A stretch of 63,047 bases of DNA, counting the filler, from Gonapodya sp. JEL0774 (taxonomy: Eukaryota), in the NCBI GenBank assembly GCA_027604505.1. It is 32 parts of 32 records of this genome, joined end to end, with 100 filler letters (N's around TTAATTAATTAA, not from the genome) between each part and the next. Parts side by side here need not be neighbours in the genome. Positions count along the whole stretch, not along the records: positions 35,608 to 37,480 come from JADIIX010002513.1; positions 37,581 to 39,451 come from JADIIX010002514.1; positions 39,552 to 41,420 come from JADIIX010002515.1; positions 41,521 to 43,389 come from JADIIX010002516.1; positions 43,490 to 45,358 come from JADIIX010002517.1; positions 45,459 to 47,325 come from JADIIX010002518.1; positions 47,426 to 49,291 come from JADIIX010002519.1; 25 more parts are not named here. One strand, 5' to 3'. The notes under the pieces are model-generated. The model did no database searches. It worked only from the letters and a program-made list of their open reading frames with translations, and was not told where the DNA came from. Positions 35,608 to 48,101 of the stretch are shown piece by piece (within the stretch, counting starts at the first letter, position 1; each line of letters begins with the position of its first letter). The position numbers were made by a program, and so were the translations under genes.

Positions 35608-37367
35608 CCGTCTATAGCTTTCATTGGAAGCGAGTTGTAAACCTCGATCAACATGTTATGCTCGTTGTACCGCTCTCGTATGGTGATTTTGCACCCCGTG
35701 TCTCGTGTGATACGATTCAATTTGCCAGATTTCTTTCCATTTATGAAATCAAAATGCGAAAGAGCAAGCTCAAGTTGGAACTTGGTGTCACGAATATGAG
35801 ACTGGTGCATGGAAGACATTATCGGCTAGAGTTGCCTCGGAGGAGCACATTTGCACGTGTGACGCACCTTCGCAACCTCAAGGGCCGTGATCTGACGAAA
35901 AGCATTCTTGACTCCCTCGGCGGTTCCATACAGCTCGACAAAGGTCCCCTTGAGGACAATTTCAACTCCGGCATTTCGCGCAATTGGACTCAAAGTCGAA
36001 TGAATTTGGTCCAACTCCGATGGTACGAGATCATTAGGATCTCCAACTGTCCCTGTTTTTATGTGACCAGTGCCTGAGAGGAGGGTTGGAGAGGGTTTGG
36101 ATAGCGCGATACATCCGACATAATAGTCGGTTGCCTGCACGTCATGAACTTTGAAGATGAGAAAAACGCGTCTCGCCTGCAAAGATCTGCAGAAGCCGTA
36201 GAATCTACACACCAGCTGCATGATCATACGAATTGCCCTTTCAACAGCGACTGGCTCCAGGCCCATAACTTTGAGATGGGGTGATCCAGCACCCAGAGGC
36301 GGAAACGAAACGAAGACTCCGTTTTCGTACATGATCTGGCGCAATTGACTGTGTTTTGAACAAATCATCCAATCAAGTTTTCGAGGCAAAAGCATGATCT
36401 CAGTAGATCGGACACGCGGGCTCTAGTGGATAGTGTGTGAACAAGAGAGTTGTCCGTCCACGGATTGTGTGTTTTATAGGACTGAGTTAACAGGGAATTT
36501 ACTCACTCTCAGCCGAGCAAGATCCAAGAGCATTTCCTTCGCTCGGTCGATCCCACTCTCAGACAATCCGGTAATTATAAGTTCGCTCTGGATATCACTT
36601 GACAGATGAGGGTTATGTGGAAAGTGAATCTTCGTTTGTGTTTCACTTGCGATCGTGTCAATGTTGATTCCCATGCGGCCCGCAATAACTGGATGCAGAT
36701 GAGAGAGAATTTGTAGCTTCTGTGAGTGTAAGCCAGCCTTTGAACGGAATAGTGATCAGTCAATTTGATCGATGTGCACGCAGTCCGCTCCTCAGGACCG
36801 TTCCCGCTAAAACACACCAGCTCATCGATCGTAACGTGACATCTTAAAATCGCATTCTGAACTTTGCGATGAGATCCTGATAGTTGCAACGAGATCTCGG
36901 TGAATGTTTTCTTCACAGTCAGGGTGTGGGAAAGCCGAATATTGTGTTCTTGGGCAATAGACTGAATTCGTTCCATGAATGGTGCCGCTTCATTCGTGCT
37001 ACCTATTTCAAGAAGCAGAGACTCAGACACCTCGTGTCGGAACTGGTTAGCTGGGGAATGAGTCTATTTGCAATCAGAATTGCATGATGCTAATTACCAT
37101 AGACCCGCTGTCATCGATCAAGCTTGCGCGGGCCGGAATAACATCAGCGGGAAGACCGTAAAGGGTGCAGCATTGATGGCCCACAGATCTTCCAGAAGAA
37201 AATCGACGGTGCAGTCCGGCAGCGCGCGAAGCGCCAGTTTGTACGTCTCTTTCGGATAATTCTCCTACGACATCTGGTAAGCATACTGCGATACATTGAT
37301 CGGGACTTGCTTGGACTGGAGACGCTGGAGGCAGGGGTATTGCGGGAGTAACTTTGGACTCTGGCAT
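35608..37367 (-). CDS. Multi-KH-domain RNA-binding protein (Mug60/YLL032C-like); 3' truncated
   Basis: KH motifs HPVIAGRMGINIDTIASETQTKIHFP and HFDFINGKKSGKLNRITRDTGCKITI, plus ENGVFVSFPPLG. Confidence 0.85.
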
Positions 37368-37580
37368 GATTAGCTGTATGGTTTGAAATCGGAACGAATA
37401 TCGGACGCCTTCTGAGCTCGCTCGAATGATTGAATGTGTAGTAAGAGGGCTGACCCGTTCCTGAGAGTGGTATAGATTCTNNNNNNNNNNNNNNNNNNNN
37501 NNNNNNNNNNNNNNNNNNNNNNNNTTAATTAATTAANNNNNNNNNNNNNNNNNNNNNNNNNNNNNNNNNNNNNNNNNNNN

Positions 37581-38496
37581 GAGTCCGTTGCCGGGACTCA
37601 AGTCCACCCAACCACCACTACCACCCTGATCCGGCAATTTTCCGATGCGGTCGAACATCATATCGATATCCGCTGCGGATATGTCCCTGGGCATGTCAGG
37701 TTTGGAGAGTTTTGTGGCTCCGGGTCGTGGAGAGGTGGATGGGGAGTGCCCATTGGTGGTTGGACCGAGTAGGGGCGAAGGGGACGGGGACACAGACGCG
37801 CGGCGTTGGTCGAGTTGTTTGCGTTGGGTTTCGAGAATGCCGATGACGTGGGAGACGGCGTACTAGGAGATTGGGCGCAGTGTATGATATCATTGACCAG
37901 CGGTGTGGTGGGACAGGGGGACGCAAAGATCAGTCTTCGTATCTTTGCATTTGGGGTAGTGAGAGAACCACTGCCAACGGCCGCCCACCACCATCTATCT
38001 CCTTCTCCGGATTATGGTGACCACTCACATCCTTGACCGCTTTTGCGTTCTTGTCCTCTACCTTACCCTTTCTGAACTTGGGCAGTATATTCGTCACGAT
38101 GCTAATGGCAATGTTTTCATTGAATGTTTTAGGGTTTTTGATAAGGTCAATAAGGAGTGTTTCTTTCAATTGGGGTTACTGCCAAAGAGAACAACTACAC
38201 TCACTACATCCCACTGAGGTTGGCGACGTAAGCGCCTTCAATATCTCCGTCTTCCTTGGCTCTCTTTCGCGCCTGCGTAAGTTCATTTACCCAGCACAAG
38301 TTTCCGTCCCAGAAACAGGTCAGAGTCATTAAACTGAACTATGGTGGAACAACCTTCTACCCACATCTTCAAAGAACTTTGTCGCCTTGATCGCCCATGC
38401 CCCGACACCAAACTGCTTTGGGTCCGTTAGTCTGAGTGAGTCCTCGGCCCTCGCCACGAGCTCCTGATTAGTGGGGAGTGAGGTTGATGGCGGCAT
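37581..38496 (-). CDS. Protein with USP8/AMSH-type N-terminal dimerisation (MIT-like) domain, possibly a Doa4/USP8-like deubiquitinase; 3' truncated
   Basis: Spliced sequence MPPSTSLPTNQELVARAE..WAIKATKFFED|ARKRAKEDGDIEGAYVANLSGMY|IVTNILPKF; the GDxExAY motif is typical of this domain. Confidence 0.55.
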
Positions 38497-38975
38497 CGTG
38501 GGCCTTGCTCCTCCCACGATATACGCGAGACTGCTGCCTGTGAAAAATCGACGTTCCGCTTTTGCGACTGCGTTGACCAAACAGGCAAAAGTGCCCAGTG
38601 AACTCCAGTGCCGCGTGCGCTGAATCGCGTATTCTGTTGTGTTCCCGTTCTGGACGGTTTTGCCGACCCCGACTCGAACAAGTAAGTTTGGATTACCTGC
38701 ACCAATAATTCAATACCAGAACAGAATATGTCCCTCCGAGATCTCTTTGATACCTCAGTTTCATAAGTTGGATGTGCGTGGGTTCTCTTCCAATCGAACG
38801 GGATCATAACTATTTTTCATGTTCACACCTCTAGAAATCAACATATCACAATTGCATGGTTTCCCCTGAATTAAACTCTTGTGGACCGACGCACAGACGT
38901 TCCCGGTTTTGCGCAACGTGCACAAGGGCCGCATGACGGCAGTTACCCTGGCAAATCACCCTCCATATATGTAGT

Positions 38976-39334
38976 CTACTCCACCGTGACTGTGAGAAGG
39001 AAAATAAGAAGATACTTTTCAGAGCAGTAATTGCAACAGTTCAAAAACTACTTGAACCCTTCCCATATCACATCCCCATGACGGTCCCCTAAAACGCATA
39101 CTCACCCGACTTTGCCAAGTTCCTCGGATTATCCACATCCTTCCCCTGAACTACTGCGATATGATAGGCCAGTAGCTGCAGCGGAATAATTGTCAGGATC
39201 CCCTCCAGACAGTCCACAGAGTGGGGCACTCGGATCGTCCTGTACTGTGCCGGGATTGTCGTGTCGTCCTTAGAACATATGATGATGGGTTGACCCTTGC
39301 GAGCGGTCACCTGGGCGAGCGCAGATTGAACTTT
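38976..39334 (-). CDS. GFA1: Glutamine:fructose-6-phosphate amidotransferase, last two exons
   Basis: [55 protein letters not shown]; last exon 38989-38976. Confidence 0.96.
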
Positions 39335-39551
39335 CTGGAAGGGGCCGGAATACGAGATGTGAGACGGTGAGATCAAAACAATATTTACACGGTTTGTAAA
39401 CGGATGTATGAGGATCAGGCGGTACAGCGGTGACCGAGAGTATAAGTACATNNNNNNNNNNNNNNNNNNNNNNNNNNNNNNNNNNNNNNNNNNNNTTAAT
39501 TAATTAANNNNNNNNNNNNNNNNNNNNNNNNNNNNNNNNNNNNNNNNNNNN

Positions 39552-39656
39552 TGGATCGGTGCTCACATGTCCCGCGTTGCCTTTGATGCCAGCTGGGCGG
39601 CGACCGTGGCGCTGGGATGTTCCATTGTTCCGCTTGGGTTTCTTGGAGGGAGGCAT
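39552..39656 (-). CDS. Possible basic N-terminus of an unidentified gene
   Basis: MPPSKKPKRNNGTSQRHGRR runs into the contig edge; divergent from the Reeler gene. Confidence 0.35.
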
Positions 39657-40337
39657 GCGAAGCAACGCATACAAGGGTCGATGGCACATGAACACCGTGC
39701 ACCAATGAAGTGGGCTTCCGTTTGTTCACTCTGCGCAATTTCAAAATACGAAGACCGAGAGCACCATTACAGGGGTCAAAGATGAATAGAATAGGGTGAA
39801 AAATGAGACTGAGTAACGTCACTTCTCTTGGAATGTCCTGGTTTCTTTGATCGGGCCAGACGGTGGAGAAACAGGACACGATGGAGTGGCTTCAGGAAAG
39901 GTCAGGCAAATGCAACTCTTAACTCTTCCGACAAAGCACGATTTATTTACCTCACTCCGCCGTGGGGAACCGTGGTATCAAGTCAGGTTGCCAGGCCCTC
40001 GACCATGCTTCTCGAGGGGCCAATTCGGCGGACAGGGCGAGCTGCCGATGTTTCCCTATTTCTGGTATAAATAAAAGTAGCTGCTGTTTCCAATTCTCTA
40101 TGGGCCAATTGCGGCTTGAGATTCTTGCATGAGTAAGGTGTGCGGCAAGGGATGTGATCTGAACGAGGGGTCACTTGGGGACTCCGATTGCACTGGCATC
40201 GAGACCCCCCACAAAAGAACAATCGCATTCCAATTCCCACACAGTTTCCCCTTTCCCGGCCCGCCCGTGCTTTTCTTTCCTTTTTTCCCCCGGATTTTGA
40301 ACTGCGCATCGTGGAGTTTCCAACAGCGACAGGGACG

Positions 40338-41420
40338 ATGGGCGGCGTTTTCCACACATTCCGGCACAGGCAGCGCGGGGCTTCTCTCCTTCTCGCCCTC
40401 CTCCCCTTCCTGCTCTCCCTCCTGCTTTCCCCAGCCTCAGCCAGTTCCCGCATCGCCGGCTACATGTGCGGCATGGACGTCGATCTCATGGCAACCAGCC
40501 AGCACGGTTACCCCATGCAGCCCCAGGGCTCCCTCTCCGTCACTCTCGTCAACCAGGCAAACGCCATACACAAAATAACCCTCTCCGGCGTCCAACCCTA
40601 CACCGGAATCTTCATGTTCGCCAGAGACACCGTCACGGGCCAGCACAGGGGCCAGTGGTTCTTCCCAGACGGGTACTTGGGCAAAGGGTGTGGCGGAACG
40701 TCGGGCAGGAACTCCACCTTCGAACATACCATGGCAGCGAGGTTCTCCACGTTCGAGTTCTTTTGGCAGGCCGATGCGCCGACGCCCGTGGGGACCATGT
40801 TGGTGCTCGAGTGTATGGGTGAGTCTGCTCAATCTCAATCGACAGTAGCCCATGCGTGCGCGTACATTCGTCAAAAGATGCGCCTGTGTGCTCTCCCCTC
40901 GCAAAATGTCGTTGCTCACTCTCCTTTTCGCACAAAAACTTCCCACTCCCAGTGTGCGTCTCGCTCCGCCAATGGTTCCTCGTACCCTCGGTCGAGTTCA
41001 CGGTCGGCCACGGTACGTCGACACGGTCTCTTCATCATATTATCACACGCATTGCTCGCGACATAGTTTACTCATACTCTCCACATCGCTGCCTCTTCAC
41101 GATTTCAAAACACATCTCCCATCTCCCCCCACGGACAGACGGTTCCGGCCTCGACCTCAGCTTCCAAATGGCCCCCTCGGCGTTCGACATCCTCAAGGGA
41201 GACAGTGAGTACCAACCAATTACCACCCCACCATGACTCTGTACAGTTCTGGCGCATGTATGACCCGATGCCCCACTCACACCGCTCCGATCGCGATTCT
41301 CTCCATCGTCGATCCCCCACCCCACCCACCCCCCCGCACCCTCGCGACCGCCGCACATGCCTCAGTCTTTCTGTACATCACGTGGTCACTCCTCGTTGTC
41401 GCTGCGTTGGTGAGTCCGAC
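40338..41420 (+). CDS. Signal peptide, Reeler-like domain, downstream TM segment; 3' truncated
   Basis: Signal LLLALLPFLLSLLLSPASA; ITLSG..YTGIFMFAR..GQW..C..FEH..FFWQA resembles Reeler; later exon VFLYITWSLLVVAAL. Confidence 0.7.
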
Positions 41421-41520
41421 NNNNNNNNNNNNNNNNNNNNNNNNNNNNNNNNNNNNNNNNNNNNTTAATTAATTAANNNNNNNNNNNNNNNNNNNNNNNN
41501 NNNNNNNNNNNNNNNNNNNN

Positions 41521-43389
41521 ACAAAATTCAGCCTTCGGATATCGGCGAGCAGAATAAGCACCGCAGGGAGGAGCAACATGAGTGCCATCAATAGCATAGA
41601 CACAAGAGAGGGTGAGGGGTTGAGAACCGCGGAAAGAATGAGATAGATCGAAAAAAACATCATAGCGGGAGAGGAAAATGTGCCGACAAGATCCATGAGG
41701 ATCGCTGAATGGTAGGACGGAATGAAACTCACGGGCAATACCTCACTCGAAGAAAAAATGTCACCAATGGGCACTCACTAAACTGCATTGAAAAGCAAAA
41801 GATTCCACAGAGCTCTTGGACCAAGACCAACTCAAATAGATTGTGTATGGTGGAGTTTATCCACCTTCGACGCTGGCTCAGGAGGACCCAAAAGCTTTCC
41901 GGAACGTTCGTTTCGCAGACGCTTTGTGGGACGTACAAAGTTTTACGCTTAGGAAACATGCGTAGGAGAAGGGTTGTGAGGAAGCGATCCTCGCCGAGAA
42001 GAAGTAGATTCTTGGTGTGGAGTGTATGCACTTCGTTCTCTGAATACTCGTCAACAATTTCGGGGCTAGTCAGGATGGGCACCCATCGACCACTTTCCAA
42101 CGGCGCTTTGATCCTGTGGGAGCAATATGCTCATTTGAAGTCCACCAAAAGCGCCACTTCACCCTTACCGGTACATCGAAAAACATCCGGGCAAACATGT
42201 TACACATCCGAAGAGCGACTCGAATGACTTCCCAAGCAAGTGAGATATATAGTACTCGTAAACTAGAGAACGATAAGGGTCACAATGAAAACTTGAGTTA
42301 ACCCTGGATGATCGAATGAACCAAGCTCATACCTTGAATAGCCGAGACCCATGTGGCGAACTTATTCAATACTTTGGTTTCCCCGCAGCATCCCATTATG
42401 GCCGCATCGTTTTTCATTGCTTGTACCAAATACCTCATGGCATCTTCTTTCACTCTTGTATCTGCATCCACAGTCATGACCAATTCGTAAAAATCCGGCG
42501 TCACTCCCGTTAAGATTGTTATTTTACGATAGAGGTCGTGTTCTAGTGGGGTCATGGAGTCGTCAAAAAGTACCTTCGACAAGAAATTGATTAGTATCAT
42601 TTGTGAGTCCCGCTTGCCCCTGTTGCCCGGTTTCTTTGACGTTCTCTCTTCTTCGGTGCCACACTTCACAACAGCGATAATTGGAATGTTGCGCCCTGGT
42701 GCAGGCGAGTAGATGCCAGCATGGACTCGAGCCATGTTCTCTTGCTTAGAACCCTTGCCGATCGCGATGTATGATTTTGGTTCGGAGCCTAGATCCGTAA
42801 ATTCCCGCATCAATCCGACCATAATTTCACTTGTCGGACGTGATTCACCAGATCCCGTCACAATGCCATCACATATAACGAAGAGCAATTTGCGGTAGTC
42901 GTGGTAGTTCGAAAGTGCGACTGAGTCTAGAGTGGATTTCATGATCGCTTCACCTTCTGAGTAGCTTGAAGCGAGATGGGAAGTCTTGTTTTAACACAAT
43001 GGTCAGCGGCAGAGTTTTCGAGTCCCACCTACCAAGTAACCATGCATATGACAAAAGGGTCGTCTGATTCTATCCACGAATCACCTCCTAGAGGACTCAT
43101 CCCGGTCAATTCCGTGGCATCTTCGAGGACTCCACCCGTGATAACTTTGGGCGGACTTTTCCCAACATTCTCTACTCCACGGACAACGTCAGGTGCTTCC
43201 AGCCATAGGTACATGATTGCTATTACGAATTTAATCTAAAGGAGAGCCAACGAAGTGTTATGAAGTAGTCGGGAAGGCGATTAGCATGCTGGGAACAGTT
43301 ACCGTCACGAGTCCTAAAAACACCGCCATCATTGCATACGTGACGAACAGGCTGGTTAGACATCCAGTGGAGCTTTCCTCCATGTATCC
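41521..43389 (-). CDS. CHS3: Chitin synthase, division 2 (class IV, Chs3-like), catalytic region
   Basis: [56 protein letters not shown] and [10 protein letters not shown]. Confidence 0.96.
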
Positions 43390-43967
43390 NNNNNNNNNNN
43401 NNNNNNNNNNNNNNNNNNNNNNNNNNNNNNNNNTTAATTAATTAANNNNNNNNNNNNNNNNNNNNNNNNNNNNNNNNNNNNNNNNNNNNCGTCACCATCA
43501 ACGACCGGCGTCGACGTAAGTTTGCCGCGATTCGAAACGCGACTGCGATTTGCAGGTGATCGGCGCTCGAATCGCAAAGTGTCCTGTTTGTGTGCAAGCC
43601 GCGGAGCGTGTGCAGCATGACTTGCAGTGGCGGTATGTACTTGAGAGGCTTCAATAAAACTTCGAATATGTGGTACTTAGCAGACTTCGCTGGCGGGAGT
43701 GGAAATCTGAATCATCCTAAAAGATTCGCGATTCAGGTATTGATGTTTACCCTTCCAAGTTTTGTGTGGAAGTATCACCTTTGCGGGTCATATCACACGC
43801 AGTAACCCAAACCACAAGCCTCGTGCTGATTACCTCACACCATATTGCATCTATGTAGTAAGAGCAATACTACAGGGACAGACGTGCGAACTTGTGGTGG
43901 TGGGCCGCTGGAGAATTTTGTATTCCTGAGTATATTGATACTATAATCAATATCCAGGTCCCGCTCT

Positions 43968-45358
43968 TCAACGCCCAAGTGGTAGCTCATCTCTTTCGGA
44001 GATCCCATCCAGCTCCCGGTCCTGCCCACCTGGACTTGTCGTCCTTTCGGTTGCAAACCTCGCCGATTCCGTCTTCCTGTAATCGACCCGCGATGTTGGC
44101 GACGTCGGCGTTGCAGATCTAGGTGGTTCAGACCGACGCTTAAGGATCCCCTTTGGTGGTGCCGCGCGTGACACTTCTCGAGGGCTGGGTATTTCGAGAC
44201 CGATCATCGTTCGCGGAGTGTGGGGAGAAGATGTGGGAACAGTGGGCGAGAGACCATTTGTAGGCGATACAGGGTAGTGGAACGAGGATTCGTCACTTGA
44301 GAAGGTAGTAAGCTTGCCAGAATTGCCAGAAAATGCGGAAGGTACAACGGAGATGGGTCGAGGAAGAGGAGCTGCCCGAGCGGTGTGGTATGCTGGTTGG
44401 GGTGCAGACGGAACTTCCGGAAGGTCTGCAAAAGCATAGGTGACGATCAGTAAATGCAATTTGATGGTAGGAATGAAGAAGACGTATTCATTCCTGTCAA
44501 AAGGTCGCGAACACAGACGCACGCCCAGATCTCTGAAAATACGATTCTGGCAAGGTCCCAAACCCCAGCGAACAGCGCGAGTGCCCGAATAGTTGCTTCG
44601 AACCCACCTTTCCATAAAGTTTCCGCGGGGACAGTTGGTAGATACCCTCCCACTTGGAAGAGCCGTGAGAACCGTGATACTGGGGTTCCCAACTCACCGG
44701 ATCCAAAGCTTCGCACACGATTGACGCTTCCGTCGTAGCCGCTCGAAGGTCCTTCAGACTCTTTCACCCGTCGTCTCCTTCGCCAAACTAATCCAAAGAC
44801 GACCAACAGTGCAACAAACACTCCGATGACGATCCCAGCGATGGCCGGAGTGGACACGGCAGGGTCGGGAGGAGCGGTGACAGAGAGTGTTTGGACAGTA
44901 GAATTGGATGTTGCCGGGGATGTTGTCGGTGTTTGGACGATCGGCACTTCCGTAGCTGTCGGTGTATCACTTGTTGTGGAGGCTGTAAAAGCTGATACTG
45001 AGTGAGCTTGCAAAACAGGGGGCGGTGACGTCGCTGGTGCGGGTGGGGGCAGGGCCGGGGGTGGTGGGGGCGGGGGTGGTGGACGACTCGGCGGAGGAGG
45101 CCAACTGGGAGGAGAGGGCGGGGGCCAGGAGCCTCCTGGATAACCACCCGGATTCCAATTGTCAGGTGGAGGAGGGTAATGACCGCCAGGGTATCTGGGT
45201 GGCGGACTAGGGTACCCGCCTTTGGGATAGTCCCCACCCCACCCACCTCCATATCCACCGCCATATCCACCCCCGTAGCCACCTCCATAGCCTCCTCCAT
45301 AGCCTCCATATTGTCGTTTCTTCACCGCTCCTCTCAGTTCACGCAGTTCACGCGCTTT
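43968..45358 (-). CDS. Single-pass cell-surface protein: GYGG repeats, Pro-rich and S/T stalk, TM, disordered tail; 5' truncated
   Basis: KKRQYGGYGGGYGGG.., a poly-Pro tract, and TM IAGIVIGVFVALLVVFGLVW followed by RRRRR. Confidence 0.75.
45240..45312 (-). repeat. 12-bp coding repeat (YGGG)n
   Basis: ccatatccaccg / ccatagcctcct units on the + strand. Confidence 0.85.
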
Positions 45359-45460
45359 NNNNNNNNNNNNNNNNNNNNNNNNNNNNNNNNNNNNNNNNNN
45401 NNTTAATTAATTAANNNNNNNNNNNNNNNNNNNNNNNNNNNNNNNNNNNNNNNNNNNNGT

Positions 45461-46320
45461 GTTGAGATTATATATGAGAATCCAGCACTCTGCCTCTGTA
45501 CAGGTTTTGCACTTGGCCCAGTGGTTACATCAACACTTACAGACTCATTGGAGAAGTCTTTTGCGTGTGTGGTCCAGCCGGACCTTTTCTTTGGACGTTT
45601 GGTGCTGATGGGAAATGCAATGGTCAGCTGAGTGATGCTCTTGGTGTGGTCTATGATTGGTGAGACGGAACTCGCCATTCTTTTGCGTGACAGATTTCTG
45701 AAAGCCATCACTTCATCATTAGCGGAGATTGAGCGACACCAAATAAAGTCTCGAACGCAAATGTCCATGAACCAGGTGAGCGTAGAGTAATTCAGGATCC
45801 CAAAAGGAGAGTCACAATCTCATTATCAAATTGTTTAAAGCTTCAACTTCGTGGACTGGGTCGGTCTCGCTATTTGCCCTGGGATCTTTTATTTGAAGCC
45901 AGTATGCCGGACGGCAGCACTCAAGTTTCACACGATGCAAGCCTTCTTTGCAGACACATTGGCGCGCGCAATCTTGTTCCACATCAACCAGAGCAACAAC
46001 AAATGGATGAACTCGTGGCATACACCATGTACCTGATCGGTAACCCAGGACTTGGATGCTCGAAGTTTGAGCAGATCACGCCCAACGTTCTCTACAAACG
46101 CCTCAAAGCTTTGCACATAGCAACGACCACCCGAAACATTACCAGGACCTCGGAACCTTTGGTGAAGTTTGGGAATTTGAAGAAACAGCTGTTGAATTAC
46201 CTCACTTATTGGGAGAAGCGCAATCGTGCAAGCCTACTGACACGTTTGGAGATGGTGAAGGAGAAGAGGAGGTTCTATTATGCGCTTGTACTTTCTGATT
46301 CTGTCACTGATGATGATTAA
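45461..46320 (+). pseudogene. Two-exon orphan gene with one in-frame TGA
   Basis: 105-codon frame 45461-45775 with TGA at 45629-45631; phase-0 intron 45776-45840; then open to 46320. Confidence 0.55.
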
Positions 46321-46620
46321 ACCACGTTAGTTTTGTTAGTGGCAGTAGCAGTTGAGCGGTTTGTTTCCCGGGATGATGAGATATGTCATTGTAATGTTGA
46401 ACGCAAACAACAGTTACTTATGTATGACGGAAGCCTCTTTTAACGTAGAAGACGCAAACTCATGAGTGAAGTTGCTGTGCGCACTGTGTAGAGGAGTAAT
46501 GCTATGTGACGCATGGCTAGTTCATTCATGACTTTTACCTCGAGTAGTTCGGCAACTCTTGCAAAGTATTGGCACTTTTAGATACGATCATGCAAAGAGC
46601 ATTTAATTATCATATGACAT

Positions 46621-47325
46621 TCATTGACTGTATATACTTCTTAAACTAGCAATGGATCGCAAAGACTTCAAGTACATCTCATGGTAGACTTCAAATGACA
46701 CACAACTTCTTGAGCGCCCATTCTGCCACACCAGCTTCAGATATTTATTTGCATACTCAGTTTGGAGCCACTCCATATCCAGACTCCCATTGGCTTTGGA
46801 TCTCTCACCGAACCCAAACGTCTCGTCGCCCTGTTTGATCCCGTCTTCACACACATAGCCAACGTGCTTGGCTTCTTGCCTACTGCGACAGCGGCAACAC
46901 GTTCTTGCAGGCTTCGGCGTTGAAGTTGAGTACGGCTGGATGGTGGTGGTGGTGCTTGAAATCAGAGGGCCAGGACGGGAGGTGATAGGTAGGGTGCTGG
47001 CGTCTCTCGTTTCACTGGGAGAGACCTTGCTGGTCGGCTCAAATGCTTTGGCGTGACATAATGACAGTGGAATTATGTTTGAAACTCGACACGATCTGTT
47101 CGGAAACTCAAGCACTCACCGACACATTTCCTTGTGAAGATGCGCTGCGCTGCCACTGCACTCCTGTCGCAACTTGCATTGAAGGCGCCGCACTTGAAGA
47201 AGATTCCGTTGGGGAAGTCAGTGACGGAATTGAACAAAGTGAATTAGTGGAGGTTCCGGTGATGGACGGGCCACCTGAGACAAGGCAAGACAAGAGGAGT
47301 GGTGGAGGACGGAGATTCACTGTAG
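46621..47325 (-). CDS. 3' part of a hypothetical S/T-rich protein
   Basis: Two S/T-rich open segments separated by a GTGAGT intron; the true end is uncertain. Confidence 0.35.
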
Positions 47326-47425
47326 NNNNNNNNNNNNNNNNNNNNNNNNNNNNNNNNNNNNNNNNNNNNTTAATTAATTAANNNNNNNNNNNNNNNNNNN
47401 NNNNNNNNNNNNNNNNNNNNNNNNN

Positions 47426-47740
47426 ACGGGATCCACCTCCATGACATCGACCAAGGAAGGAACCTCGACCACCGTAATCACCAACACCAAGACCTCGACC
47501 ACCTCAGCCATGGTACAGACCTCAACCAGCTCGAGCAAGTCAAAAACATCAACAACTCCGACGAAGACTGAAATCTCAACTACCTCCACAAACTCCAAAA
47601 GCTCAACTACCCCGACCAGGTCACAAACCACAACTACCTCAACCAAAGCCAAAACCTCAACAACCTCAACAAAGACAAGGACTTCGACCACCACTACTAA
47701 GACAAGGACTACGACTCGGACAACCACACAACTCGGGTGA
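47426..47740 (+). CDS. Thr/Ser/Lys-rich mucin-like C-terminal stalk of an unidentified protein
   Basis: Quasi-periodic TKTSTTS repeats (e.g. TKAKTSTTSTKTRTSTTTTK). Confidence 0.65.
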   Translation, partial: TGSTSMTSTKEGTSTTVITNTKTSTTSAMVQTSTSSSKSKTSTTPTKTEISTTSTNSKSSTTPTRSQTTTTSTKAKTSTTSTKTRTSTTTTKTRTTTRTTTQLG

Positions 47741-48101
47741 CTGTTTGCAGAGTGTTCCATTCGTCGTGGAATTTGTCCGCTGATAAATGTCTTCCTTATG
47801 TTTTCCGACTATCTACAGCCGGCGACTCCCAATTGGAAATTTCTTTTATTAGAATATTTGTTGGGCCAGGCACTAGTTGAAGGAATCACGTACAAGCCAT
47901 GAACTACTACTAGAACTAAACTTGAAAAATGCATAGAATATATGAAAAGCAAATCTGATTTTCAATAGCACTCATGTAAGAGCGGACCCACACCTACAAC
48001 ACCTACTCGGTTTACTATCAGCACTATAGTGCCACTGGCTGTAGTGAAATCTCCTTTTGATTCAAGCATCGCCACGTTTTCTTTCTGTTTGTCGGGAACA
48101 C

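Noticed and set aside
38976..43389. Apparent chitin-synthesis cluster (GFA1 near chitin synthase)
   Set aside because: Separated by spacers; the adjacency is artificial.
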